Source: Minisyncoccota bacterium
GTDB taxonomy: Bacteria; Patescibacteriota; Minisyncoccia; UBA6257; GWB1-50-10
Length of the DNA stretch: 64,000 nucleotides
Direction of reading: 5' to 3'
Assembly: GCA_020059915.1 (NCBI GenBank)
Contig: JAGVBB010000003.1
Span: 233,625 to 297,624, forward strand
The notes below the pieces were generated by a model, which had not been told where the DNA came from, did no database searches, and was given only the letters and a program-made list of their open reading frames with translations. Positions 28,139 through 38,600 of this stretch are shown in pieces. The translations under genes and the position numbers were made by a program. Every line of letters starts with the position of its first letter. Positions within the stretch are counted from its first letter, which is position 1.

Positions 28139-30583
28139 TTATTTTGAAAGTTGTGTCTTTCTCTTCATGCTTGCAATCTCCTTTTCCTTTTTTTGTACCA
28201 CTCCAATCATCTTCATGATTGAGTCTGGATTTAGAGACATACTCTCAATTCCCTCCTCCACAAGAAATTCTGCAAATTCTGGATAGTCAGACGGTGCCTG
28301 TCCACAAATACCAATATATTTTTTTTGTGCCTTACATTTTTCAATAATCTGGGAAACAAGTTTTTTCACTGATGGATTATTTTCATTCGCAATGTGGGTC
28401 ACGATACCAGAATCTCTATCCAAGCCAAGAGTAAGCTGAGTAAGGTCGTTTGAACCAATAGACATACCGTCAAAAATATCTAAAAATTCATCAGCAAGGA
28501 TAATGTTTGATGGAATTTCGCACATCACATATACCTTGAGCTTCTTGTCTTTTGTTCTATCAAGTCCATATTCTTTCATTACTTCAATTACCTTTCTCCC
28601 TTCTTCCGGAGTCCTGCAAAAAGGAATCATAGGAATTACATTTTGCAATCCCATATCTTCACGAACACGGCGCATTGCTTCACATTCCAAACCAAATGCA
28701 TCAATAAATTTTGGATCATAGTACCTTGATGCACCACGCCATCCCAACATTGGATTCTCCTCTTGTGGTTCGTACAAGCTCCCACCAATGAGTTTTGAAT
28801 ACTCATTTGTTTTAAAATCGGAAAAACGAATAATTACCTCGTTTGGATAAAATGCGGCGCCAATTTTTGCGATACCCTCGGCAAGTTCACTGGTATAATA
28901 TTCTGCTTTATCATCATAACCAATAGTCATCTCTTCAATTGTTCTCAGAAGCTTCCGAAGATCACGCGTTTTCTTTCCTTTTTTGAGATTTTGATAATTT
29001 ATAAGTGCATTCGGGTGAATTTTTATATGTGATGCAATGATAAATTCAAGACGTCCTAGTCCCACCCCACGAGCAGGCAGAAAATGACTCTTAAACGCTT
29101 CATCAGGAGATCCGATATTTACCATCACCTTTGTTTTTGTTTTTGGTACTTCTTCTAACCTATGTTCAATAACTTCAAATGGCAATGCTCCCGCATAGAC
29201 AATTCCCTCATTTCCCGAAGAACAATCAACAGTTATTATTTCTTTATTTTTGAGTATCTTGGTAGCATTATTTGTTCCTACAATACAGGGAATACCAAGC
29301 TCACGGGACACAATAGCAGCATGTGATGTTCTCCCCCCCTTATTGGTAACAATTGCAGATGCAATTTTCATAATTGGCTCCCAATCGGGATCAGTAATCT
29401 CCGTGACCAAAACCTCCCCTTTTTGAAATTCTGAAAGTTGGCTTGCACCTTTCAATATACGCACACCACCACTCCCAATTTTTGAACCAACCGCAATTCC
29501 TTTCACACGAATATCACTTCTCTTTTCCAAACGATATTCTTTATATACTGATTTGTCTTGAGAAGAATGCACCGTCTCTGGCCTCGCTTGCACAATAAAT
29601 AACTCCCCCGTATTTCCGTCTTTTGCCCATTCGATATCCATAGGTTGATACCTTCCATGCGTTTCTGAAAAATATATTTCAATCTCTAGACACCATTTTG
29701 CAAGTTGGAGTACCTCATCATCAGTCAGTGAGAATTTTTGTTCATCTGCCCAAGAAACCGACTTCTGTTTTGTCCCTCTCGATCCATATACAAGCTTTAT
29801 ATGTTTTTTCCCCAAATCACGAGCAATAATTGCTCGATGCCCTTTTTCTAGAGTCGGTTTAAATACAATAAACTCATCAGGAATAACCTTCCCTTGCACA
29901 ATAAACTCGCCCAAACCATAAATACCATTAATAACAATCACTTTATCAAATCCTGTTTCGGTATCTAGTGTAAAAGCAACGCCAGAAGAAGATATATCAG
30001 AACGAACCATCCTTTGGACTCCAACAGAAAGTGCAGCTTCGGTATGTGAAAAACCCTTATCCACACGATATGAAATTGCACGATCAGTAAATAGTGAAGC
30101 AATACATTTACGCGCATAGTGGAGCACCTCCTGTTCGCCCCGAACATTTAAAAATGTTTCTTGTTGCCCAGCGAATGATGCACCAGGAAGATCTTCTGCT
30201 GTTGCAGAAGAACGTACTGCAACATCGGTTTCTTTTCCATATGTATCTTCCATCTTCTTATATGCCAATATAATTGATTGCCTCAAATCATCAGGGAATT
30301 CTGTAGCAACAACTAATTCGCGAATTGCTTTTCCTGTTGCTTGTAGTTGTTTGATATCACGTGTATCAAGCACGTTTAACATCTCGCCAATCTTCTCTTC
30401 AATACCCGTTTTTTTTACAAAATGACGATAGGCATCTGCGGTAATAGCAAAACCATCGGGAATGCGGACTCCCCGAGGAACGAGATGGGAATACATCTCT
30501 CCAAGTGCGGCGTTCTTTCCCCCAACAGTGGGTACATCTTTTATACCGACTTCCTCAAACCATAGAATAAATTGATTGGACAT
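28139..30583 (-). CDS. ppsA: phosphoenolpyruvate synthase (pyruvate, water dikinase)
   Basis: 814 aa with an N-terminal ATP-grasp PPDK_N domain, a central phosphohistidine domain (GGRTSHAAIVSRELGIPCIVG) and a C-terminal PEP-utilising TIM barrel. Confidence 0.9.
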   Translation of the reverse strand: MSNQFILWFEEVGIKDVPTVGGKNAALGEMYSHLVPRGVRIPDGFAITADAYRHFVKKTGIEEKIGEMLNVLDTRDIKQLQATGKAIRELVVATEFPDDLRQSIILAYKKMEDTYGKETDVAVRSSATAEDLPGASFAGQQETFLNVRGEQEVLHYARKCIASLFTDRAISYRVDKGFSHTEAALSVGVQRMVRSDISSSGVAFTLDTETGFDKVIVINGIYGLGEFIVQGKVIPDEFIVFKPTLEKGHRAIIARDLGKKHIKLVYGSRGTKQKSVSWADEQKFSLTDDEVLQLAKWCLEIEIYFSETHGRYQPMDIEWAKDGNTGELFIVQARPETVHSSQDKSVYKEYRLEKRSDIRVKGIAVGSKIGSGGVRILKGASQLSEFQKGEVLVTEITDPDWEPIMKIASAIVTNKGGRTSHAAIVSRELGIPCIVGTNNATKILKNKEIITVDCSSGNEGIVYAGALPFEVIEHRLEEVPKTKTKVMVNIGSPDEAFKSHFLPARGVGLGRLEFIIASHIKIHPNALINYQNLKKGKKTRDLRKLLRTIEEMTIGYDDKAEYYTSELAEGIAKIGAAFYPNEVIIRFSDFKTNEYSKLIGGSLYEPQEENPMLGWRGASRYYDPKFIDAFGLECEAMRRVREDMGLQNVIPMIPFCRTPEEGRKVIEVMKEYGLDRTKDKKLKVYVMCEIPSNIILADEFLDIFDGMSIGSNDLTQLTLGLDRDSGIVTHIANENNPSVKKLVSQIIEKCKAQKKYIGICGQAPSDYPEFAEFLVEEGIESMSLNPDSIMKMIGVVQKKEKEIASMKRKTQLSK

Positions 30584-30589
30584 ATTTGT

Positions 30590-31873
30590 TTATTGTTTTA
30601 ATGCAAAGATGAGGTCTGAAACATTTTCACCAGTTTCGCCAGTAAGAATAAAATCTCCCACAGTTTCAAAAAACTTGTAGGAGGTGTTTTCTTTCAAACT
30701 CTTTATTGGATCAATGTTTTTTGCCTGAGCATTCTTTAAGGTCATTATATCACAGATAGCACCAGCAAAATCTGAATTATCTCTCCCATCTGACGCCGCA
30801 CCAACAATGAGAACATGTTCGTCCACATGAGGAACAGCAGAAAGAACTAACTCCAACTCTCTCCCCCCTTTTCCTTTTTGTGTGATAGTAACAGTTGGCT
30901 CTCCACCCCAAAAATATGCAGTTTTTGAGGGAGCATTTTTTATTTTTTCTACAATTTCTTTACCAATTACCCGCGCTTCTCCAGAAAGTGTGTTGGTTAT
31001 AATACTACTTGAAAACCCAAGCGACTCCGCCGTTTTTTTCATTGTACGCAATGCATTGTCGTTTGAAACGGCAAGTATGTTTGTCACTCGTTCAAAAAAT
31101 TTTTCATCCTTCACTGTTTCAATAAGTGACCCGTCGGGAAAATAATGTTCAAGATTGTATTTCTTTATGATCACCATAGCGTCAGAAACAGTGGTTGGGT
31201 CAAGGATAGTGGGACCTGATGCAACCATATCCATTCCAGTATTACCAGGGACATCAGAAAATATAAGAGACACAATTCGCGCTGGATATGCGTGGTATGC
31301 AAGCATTCCTCCCCGCGCTCCAGATATATGCTTTCGAATTGTGTTTAATTCATTGATTGTAGCTCCTTTCTCAAACATCGCCTGAACAATATCGCGCTCT
31401 GCCTGACAGGTCATATTCTGAGGATTACAAAGTAATGTTGATCCCCCTCCAGAAACGAGGGCAATAACAAGATCACGCGGAGTAAGTCCATGAAGAATCT
31501 CAAGCAATTCTTTTGTTGCAGAAATATTTGCTTCAGAGGGATATGGATGCGTCCCCTCACGCATAGTAAGTGAACACAAGTCCCTTTTTTTTGTTCCTAA
31601 AACAATACCGCCCGTGATTCGTTCCCCCAATATTTTTTCAACTGCACACGCGGCTTTTGGGGAACACTTTCCTGCTCCAACAACAAAAATCCTATCCACA
31701 GAATCTAATGGAATTTTTGTCTCTCCAATAAGAAGGATGTTTCTTACTACCGAAATCATCTTTTTAACAACCTCCTCAGTATCTATTGAATTATATGCTG
31801 ACTCCAAAATAGTTAATGCAGCATTACGAATTTCACTCTTATTTAAATCTTCAAAGTTCTGAATGCGCCCCAT
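30590..31873 (-). CDS. glycerate 2-kinase (MOFRL family)
   Basis: 427 aa with the DUF4147/MOFRL architecture: glycine-rich loops VVGAGKCS, GGGSTLL and AGGEPTVT. Confidence 0.75.
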   Translation of the reverse strand: MGRIQNFEDLNKSEIRNAALTILESAYNSIDTEEVVKKMISVVRNILLIGETKIPLDSVDRIFVVGAGKCSPKAACAVEKILGERITGGIVLGTKKRDLCSLTMREGTHPYPSEANISATKELLEILHGLTPRDLVIALVSGGGSTLLCNPQNMTCQAERDIVQAMFEKGATINELNTIRKHISGARGGMLAYHAYPARIVSLIFSDVPGNTGMDMVASGPTILDPTTVSDAMVIIKKYNLEHYFPDGSLIETVKDEKFFERVTNILAVSNDNALRTMKKTAESLGFSSSIITNTLSGEARVIGKEIVEKIKNAPSKTAYFWGGEPTVTITQKGKGGRELELVLSAVPHVDEHVLIVGAASDGRDNSDFAGAICDIMTLKNAQAKNIDPIKSLKENTSYKFFETVGDFILTGETGENVSDLIFALKQ

Positions 31874-31946
31874 ACAACAATTATACTCCGTTTAGACAAC
31901 GGAGTATAATTAAATTCTCAATCTACCTACCGAAGGTAGGTTTAAA

Positions 31947-32318
31947 TTAAAAAGGACACCCAGCTTTCTTGGCAAGTACATACAATTCTTGTTGACCCGC
32001 GAGTTGCGTTCCATCAGGAAATGTCCATGTTGGATATCCCTGTACGCCGGCATCAATACATTCCTTTTCTCTCTCGGTGCATTCAACATATGTAATATTT
32101 TCAAATGCACTCCCGAATTCTTTTTTCTGATTTTGGCAATGTGGACACCAATATGTTCCATACATCACCACTCCTTTTTCTTTCAAGCAAAGTGATAGCG
32201 CTGTAACTTCAGCAGTCGGTGGTTCTGGTTGGGCGGAATACCACAACAACACAAAAAGACCGACTACAAATACTGTAAGTCCAATCGTAATAAATATATT
32301 TTTTTTCTTCTGATTCAT
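31947..32318 (-). CDS. membrane-anchored thioredoxin-like protein (CPHC active site)
   Basis: N-terminal TM, then the thioredoxin-fold motif YGTYWCPHCQNQKKEF. Confidence 0.75.
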   Translation of the reverse strand: MNQKKKNIFITIGLTVFVVGLFVLLWYSAQPEPPTAEVTALSLCLKEKGVVMYGTYWCPHCQNQKKEFGSAFENITYVECTEREKECIDAGVQGYPTWTFPDGTQLAGQQELYVLAKKAGCPF

Positions 32319-32328
32319 AAATTCAATG

Positions 32329-32450
32329 TAAAATTCTAATTTCTAAGCCCTAAATTCTAAATAATATCAAAACTCAAATATTCAAATGACTTTTGATAAT
32401 TCTTATTTTGGATTTGTTTAGGGTTTCTATATTAGTGCTTAGGGTTTTTA
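32329..32450. repeat. diverged copy of the palindromic repeat family (lacks the GC-rich core hairpin)
   Basis: ccctaaattctaaataatatcaaaactcaaatatt ... ggatttgtttagggttt ... attagtgcttagggttt aligns with elements at 51921, 52674 and 54303. The tail supplies the stop codon of 32432..32968. Confidence 0.55.
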
Positions 32451-32968
32451 TCTGACTCGTCACAACAGTCAACCATTTTTTCAACTATATCTTCAAATGA
32501 CCACGCGCCCTCTTTCGGTTTTGTATCATGTTTTGAAAGTTGTGAGTCATTAATCTTTTTAATTGAGCTGGTATCAATGAGCTTCAAGCGGATACCAAAG
32601 AACATCGCGTATGATTTATATGCCAAATCAAACATTCTTTTTGCCTCATCACGCCTTCCACTCCCTTCTAATTTTGTCCCCACTTCCATAAGGCGCATTG
32701 ATGTTGCAAGAAGATGCTTTGATATGCACCAAGTCTCTCCCTCGTTTTGAACCATCATCTTCCCCAACAATTCTCTGCGCATTTCCCTCACCTCTTTCAA
32801 TAAATCGAAGTAATCATCCTTTTTTGTCTTCTCTGCGGTAAAAAAGAAATGTTCTTCCAAACTCACCAAGTTCATAATCGCAATAGAAAGATCTTCATCA
32901 AGAGAAAGATCGACATCTCCCTTTTTCTTCATTTCTTCAATTTTTTGTTTAATTTTTTCGAAGTCCAT
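32432..32968 (-). CDS. hypothetical protein (acidic, helical)
   Basis: 178-aa ORF whose last five codons and stop lie inside the repeat element tail. Confidence 0.5.
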   Translation of the reverse strand: MDFEKIKQKIEEMKKKGDVDLSLDEDLSIAIMNLVSLEEHFFFTAEKTKKDDYFDLLKEVREMRRELLGKMMVQNEGETWCISKHLLATSMRLMEVGTKLEGSGRRDEAKRMFDLAYKSYAMFFGIRLKLIDTSSIKKINDSQLSKHDTKPKEGAWSFEDIVEKMVDCCDESDKNPKH

Positions 32969-33087
32969 ATGTGTTAGTGTAAAATGAAAAGTGTAAAAGT
33001 CAAAAATGAAACGTAAAAGTTACAAATTAGACAGTTTTTAGCTTCAACTTTGCATTTTGAGATTTAAGTTTTGATTTATTCATTTTC

Positions 33088-33918
33088 TTATGACAATAAG
33101 AAAATGAGTATTCCCATTCCAATCATAATTGCGCCATCAATAAAACGCAATCTACCTGATACACTCTTTCTCCATGTATCAAACTTATCTATCAGTGCCT
33201 TCTTTGAGGCAATACCAAGAATGATTATTAACGGCATAACAAATAACACATTATATAAGAAAAGATATCCAAACCCGCTCATAAATGTGCGTGAATCATG
33301 GAGAAGTCCAAGAATCATAAGATACGGCCCACCAGTACAAGGAAACTCACACAAACCAACAAATGCACCAAGTATGAATGCCCCAGGAATTGACGTCTTT
33401 TCCATGAGTCGAGCCATTGTCTTGTGTGACCCTTTAGGAATCTTTAACTTTATTGGAAAAGAAGGAATATAGGTATGTATGATATCCAACATACCTAGAA
33501 CAATAATGAGTATTGCTCCGATCTTCCCAACAAAATTTGGAATACTAAAGAATGACAAAACCCGTAAAATTCCTAATCCAATTCCTAGATAAACCAGGAA
33601 AACCCCGGAAATATATGCCCCACCTATGCCCAATATTTTTTTTCTATCTGCACCAAGACTAAACAAGAATGTGATAGTGAGTAATAAAATAGAAAATGCA
33701 CAAGGATTGATACTATCAACAATTGCCGAAACAACAACCAACGGAAGGAAAAATGAATGTGACGACCGAAATAGAGAAAACATTTCTTCCCCTACCGGCG
33801 TTGTCTTAACAACAATGACAGATATCAAAAATATAATAATAAGACCGATAAATATCCAAGAAAATAATTTTTTCATATATATAACTAACAATAGCGAACA
33901 GAAAATTTTATAGAACAA
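33088..33918 (-). CDS. ccdA: cytochrome c-type biogenesis / disulfide transfer membrane protein CcdA (DsbD_2 family)
   Basis: Paired TM cysteines (SINPCAFSILL and GLCEFPCTGGPYL) in a six-TM protein. The true start is probably MKKLF at about 33876. Confidence 0.75.
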   Translation of the reverse strand: MFYKIFCSLLLVIYMKKLFSWIFIGLIIIFLISVIVVKTTPVGEEMFSLFRSSHSFFLPLVVVSAIVDSINPCAFSILLLTITFLFSLGADRKKILGIGGAYISGVFLVYLGIGLGILRVLSFFSIPNFVGKIGAILIIVLGMLDIIHTYIPSFPIKLKIPKGSHKTMARLMEKTSIPGAFILGAFVGLCEFPCTGGPYLMILGLLHDSRTFMSGFGYLFLYNVLFVMPLIIILGIASKKALIDKFDTWRKSVSGRLRFIDGAIMIGMGILIFLLS

Positions 33919-33927
33919 ACACCTAAA

Positions 33928-34290
33928 TTAAATATATGAAGGACTCAATTCATTAAGAGAAAGCCATCTCCTATATTTTTGAAGAGAAGAACAAAAAAGA
34001 TTTTTCTGAGAAATAAAAAAAGTGACGGAGCTTGAATGAAAAACAGCTGTTTGTTCAACAAATAGCACTGTAATAAAAAGAAGGAAGAACAAGGAAATCG
34101 CCAATGAAAGTTGGCTAAATGCGTTTATGTGAAAATTTAGAAACAAGATACTCCCCACATTTGCCGGGCACCCTCCCCCTTGGAGTGTCTGCACCAAACA
34201 TCCTGCATGAGACACAAATGCAATAAGCGTTATTGCGCTAATCCCGACAAGCGCAAATATGATAATAAATGATAAAAATTTTCGAAACAT
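33928..34290 (-). CDS. small membrane protein with a CxxxxxxxxxC loop (possible thiol-redox partner)
   Basis: 120 aa, 3-4 TM helices, loop cysteines HAGCLVQTLQGGGCPAN. Confidence 0.4.
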   Translation of the reverse strand: MFRKFLSFIIIFALVGISAITLIAFVSHAGCLVQTLQGGGCPANVGSILFLNFHINAFSQLSLAISLFFLLFITVLFVEQTAVFHSSSVTFFISQKNLFCSSLQKYRRWLSLNELSPSYI

Positions 34291-34300
34291 ATTTTAATAA

Positions 34301-34410
34301 ATTCTAATTTCTAAATCCCAAATTCTAAATAATATCAAAACTCAAATATTTAAATTAACTTCTTCAATTCGTGTTTTTTAGGATTTCGATATTAGTGCTT
34401 AGAGTTTATT
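34301..34410. repeat. diverged copy of the palindromic repeat family (lacks the GC-rich core hairpin)
   Basis: Very similar to the copy at 32329-32450. The tail gtttatttaa supplies the stop of the CsaA-like gene. Confidence 0.55.
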
Positions 34411-34750
34411 TAATTTTCCATCCTCCTCCAATTGATTTATCCGGTTGTAAAATTGAGATGGTACCTTCATTATCAGTTGCGGCAACAATCATTCCATTGC
34501 TTATCTCTCCCATGAGTGAACGTGGTTCAAGATTTGCAACGATAACAATATCTTTCCCAATGAGTGTTTCTGGTTCGTATTGTTTTCCAATCCCCGCAAG
34601 AACAATCCGCGAGACCGGTTCTCCTGCTTCATTTTTGTCTCCCACATCCAATGTTAAGCGAAGTAGTTTTTCTGAATCCAAAACACGTTCAGCCTGCAAT
34701 ACGTGAGCCGTTTTTAATTCAACTTTGGAAAAATCATCATACCCGATCAT
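34406..34750 (-). CDS. tRNA-binding domain protein (CsaA / Trbp111 / MetRS C-terminal domain-like)
   Basis: VELKTAHVLQAERV...KLLRLTLDVGDKNE...RIVLAGI...EPETLIGKDIVIVANLEPRSLMGEISNGMIV is the OB-fold tRNA-binding signature. The ORF track start at 34870 is probably too long; start M41 is likely. Confidence 0.75.
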   Translation of the reverse strand: MIGYDDFSKVELKTAHVLQAERVLDSEKLLRLTLDVGDKNEAGEPVSRIVLAGIGKQYEPETLIGKDIVIVANLEPRSLMGEISNGMIVAATDNEGTISILQPDKSIGGGWKIK

Positions 34751-34805
34751 AAAACAATTATATGGTATTCCATAGTAAAAATAAAACCCCTTTCGGGGTT
34801 TTATT

Positions 34806-35657
34806 TTAATTTTCTGGAGATAAAAGTAATGTTGCTCGTTCTGCGTGTATACCTTGTATTTCATCCCCAATACCTTGAACCTCTACAGCGTCTCCCACTT
34901 GAAAGTTTGAAATATCTGATGGTTCGTCAATAAATGGAACTGGAATCGTCACCAATGTTCCATTTTTATATGCCTCTGTCTCCTCTTTAAATTGAGTGTC
35001 ACTTTTTTTGCCTTGCTTTGAAAAAATGGTGTTTGAACTTATCTTTATTTGCACCCTTGTTCCATCACCTTTATCCACCGCAAATCTTGTATTATCATCT
35101 GCCTTCCAACCAACAACACCAACTACCTTTTTTGGTGCACCAATATTCGGAATATCAGAAAATTTTGGAGCAGAAGATGGATTATTAATAATGATCGAGG
35201 TCGCTAAGAATTCATTGTATTCCTCAACATTTTTATTAGCACGAATGGTCACAAAATCTCCAATAGTAATAGTATTACCCTCAACCCGTTCTTCTATAAA
35301 CGGTAATGGCGGTTCAGTTTTTGTATTATTAGTTTTTTGTGATTCCAAAAAGATCGCCTGTTCTTTTTCAAACAAAGAAATATCTTTTTGAATTTGTTTC
35401 TTAACAAGTGTTGTTGAATCAAATGTAACAGTTTTGAGTATTTTTTGGTCTTGTGAATTTCCCGCAACACCACGGAGTGTGATCGCATCAACAACAAGAA
35501 CATTTCCATTTTTTTGTTCAACTATTCCTGATATCACCACATTTCCAATATTACGAGGAGTATTCCCGGCAATATATGAAATGGCTATTGCAACCACAAT
35601 AAGAACAACTAAAGCAAGTATGGTGTATAATATTTTTTTCTTTTTTTCTTGTTCCAT
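34806..35657 (-). CDS. membrane-anchored extracellular protein, unknown function; last gene of the giant-protein operon
   Basis: N-terminal TM, 283 aa; starts 21 nt downstream of the 35679 giant gene stop. Confidence 0.5.
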   Translation of the reverse strand: MEQEKKKKILYTILALVVLIVVAIAISYIAGNTPRNIGNVVISGIVEQKNGNVLVVDAITLRGVAGNSQDQKILKTVTFDSTTLVKKQIQKDISLFEKEQAIFLESQKTNNTKTEPPLPFIEERVEGNTITIGDFVTIRANKNVEEYNEFLATSIIINNPSSAPKFSDIPNIGAPKKVVGVVGWKADDNTRFAVDKGDGTRVQIKISSNTIFSKQGKKSDTQFKEETEAYKNGTLVTIPVPFIDEPSDISNFQVGDAVEVQGIGDEIQGIHAERATLLLSPEN

Positions 35658-35678
35658 AGTTTTAATTATATCAGTTCT

Positions 35679-38600
35679 TTAATATGTTATTTTGACCATT
35701 CCATGACCAGAACGAACCCCTGCGGTATTTGTTTGGTTTGTTCCGGAATTATAACTTCCACCTCCACCGCCATATGTTGAGCTTCCGCTCCATGATGCCG
35801 AAGTTCCACCTCCAGAATAACCTCCCCCTGCTCCTGGTCCACCGAGCTGTCCACCACCACCGCCACCATATCCACCATAATTTTCTGTTGTGTAACAACT
35901 ATTTCCTGTTCCTCCTGCCCCACCATTTAAATAACTCTGTCCTCCATATGCGGTTGCGCAATGAGTTCCTCCATCCATTCCATTTGTACTAAATCCTCCT
36001 CCCGCTCCTCCTGCATAACTTTGGTTTGAACTACCACCTGATCCCGCAGACCCTCCAGTTCCAGTACCTGCACAACTAATCGTTACTCCAGAGGTTCCCG
36101 ACTGACCATTTCCCTCAGACGCTGTGCGCGTACATGATGTCCCATAACTTGTTGCTGGACCACCACCACCGCCACCTGCGATAATGAGTGGTACATTTCC
36201 TGTTTGTTTCACAACAAACGTTCCACCGCCACCACCATTTTCATTTCCGTGTGCTCCACCATTGCTACCTCCTTGTTGACCAACGAGAATTTTAATAACA
36301 TCTCCAGCAGTAAGAGATACTGTTCCCTTAACATATGCACCAAGTCCACCTGTTAAACTATTACTACCTGTACCACTTCCACCCTGTGCCCCCCACGCTT
36401 CAATAATATATGATCCCGTTGTCGAAGCAGTAAATGTTTGCAAACTTCCCGTTCTTCCCGTGGTAATATTATTAAATGTTACCGTTATTGGATTTGTTGG
36501 GGTTGCTGTTACCTCAGAACTCAATCCACTTTCCCCTGCTGGATTTACTGAAGAAACCTTATAGTAGTAAGCCATTACACTCAATCCAGAATCTACATAC
36601 GAAGTTGAGGTCACATTAGAGGTTAATAAAGAATATCCACTTCCCGATGTTGTGCTTCGATATACATTATATGAATATGCAAGCGCACAAGAATTTCCTG
36701 TTGGTGCAGTCCATGAAATAGTATTTGAAAGAGCACCAGGCGTTGCTGTTGCACCCGTTGGCGCACTAGGAGCAGAAAGTCCATTTGGACAAGATGCTGC
36801 GTAACAAACCAATTCTGTATTTGATCCAATATTTTGTGTCGATGTCGCCATACCCCACCCCGCAGGACAGGAAAGTGATTGATTTGCTCCTTTAGCACGC
36901 AATGTAAATGATTGAAACGGAGCATCGGTGCGATAACAAATCTGCTCGTTTACATCAACCCCATCTATAGTCACCGTACTTGTTGGTGCAGAACTCCATC
37001 CTGATGGGCAAGAAGGGGCGGGAGAAGAAATTATTTTATAGCAGGCACTATCATAGGTCGTTTGCGAGCTATATCTCTTTCGCGTGTAATTTTGGTTTGT
37101 ATATTTTGTATATCCTGTTGGACAGGTAATACTATTTGAAGCAGCATTTGCATTGTATACAAAAGTATCAGATACCCCAGAATTTGTATTATTTATACAT
37201 GCACCTGTATATGCCTGATATCCAGAAATTGGAGCATTATAATATACCGCAGAGGTATTACTCCAATTGGTAAATCCACTCGGACAACTCACTACTGAGG
37301 TTGGATTTCCCAATCCCGTATATGATTCCCAAATAAATGATGGAGGATTTCCTTTATAACACGCACCTGAATAAACCTGATCAATGCCTGCTGGGCTATA
37401 AACATACTGTCCTACCCATCGTGTATATCCTGTTGGGCAGGTCACGCTCGTTGCTCCCGAATATGATTTCCATGTAAATACATCATTTGTTGCACTTGCG
37501 TTATAACACGCTCCCGAATATGACCAATAATCATATGTATAGTCATATTGCGAACACGTAGGCTCATCAACACAATATTCATACCATGCTGGTCTCCATC
37601 GCGCATAACTGTTATCGTACCAGTTAGTAAGTCCTGTTGGGCAGGTTTGCGTACTAGCGGTATATGCACTCCAAGAAAATGACGGTAATGTCGTTCCCTT
37701 ATAACACACACCGTCATATTTGCTAGTACTATTGTCCGGATCTACATCCCACCATGTGTTAACCCATCGTGTATATCCTGTTGGGCAGGTCACACTTGAT
37801 GGTGATGGTGATCGCCACTTAAATAAATCGTTTGATGCTGATGTTGGATAACACGCACCTGTATATGCAACATATCCACTCTCACTTGAACTATAATATG
37901 CATTAGAACTCCACCACTTGGTATATCCCTCTGGACAAGTTATGTAGGTATCAGGACTATAATTGTTTACTAATTGCCAAGTAAATGATCTTGGGTCCGA
38001 GCTCCCCGATCGCAAATACATAACATTGTCACTTGCACCTAACGCCACCACCTGTGCGTTATATATCTGCCATGTTCCATTACCACTCGCATCCACTGTG
38101 AGAACATACCCCGGCGTTGCCGATGTCCCCAACTGGAATCCATTCATTTTTATTGTCCCATACACATCAAGTTTTGCTGTTGGGGTTGAGGTTCCAATAC
38201 CAACATTCCCCGTATTAATGGAATATAAATTTGAACCTGATGCATTCCAGAGTGAATATGCAGAAGAATCTGCATATGATTTTGTTGCAACATGTCCCAC
38301 CGCTGTTGGTGATCCAACAATGACAGCCCCATCAAACTGTCCCGCGCCAACAACATCAAGAGTATATGCGGGCGTTGTTGTTCCAATACCAATGTTCCCC
38401 GCATTGGTCATAGTCAATCGATATGCCGAAGTGTTGTTATTATAAAAATGCAAAGCACTTCCTGCAGAAACCAATTCCCATGATGATCCCGTTGAAAGCA
38501 AGCGAATGGAACCACTACTCCCCCCTGTTTCAAATGTCGCTAATACTCCCGATGGTGGTGCAAGATTATATAAATGAAATGGATATGTTGGATTGGTTGT

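Noticed and set aside
31874-31946. Searched intergenic regions (1501-1652, 16925-17096, 31874-31946, 59505-59705, 60300-60406, 62172-62337) for tRNA or small RNA genes
   Set aside because: No cloverleaf-compatible sequence (no GTTC-type T-arm with matching acceptor stem) was recognised; the hairpins found are terminators. A dedicated tRNA scan would be needed to exclude tRNAs fully.
35729-35992. His/Leu/Asn-rich plus-strand ORFs (for example MFGLFRNYNFHLHRHM...) and many similar 60-200-aa ORFs inside 35679-46923, 48191-50641 and 55488-59504
   Set aside because: They are antisense to the long Gly/Thr/Tyr-rich minus-strand genes. Their composition is the complement of GGT/ACC/TAT-rich codons, and they lack signal of independent coding.
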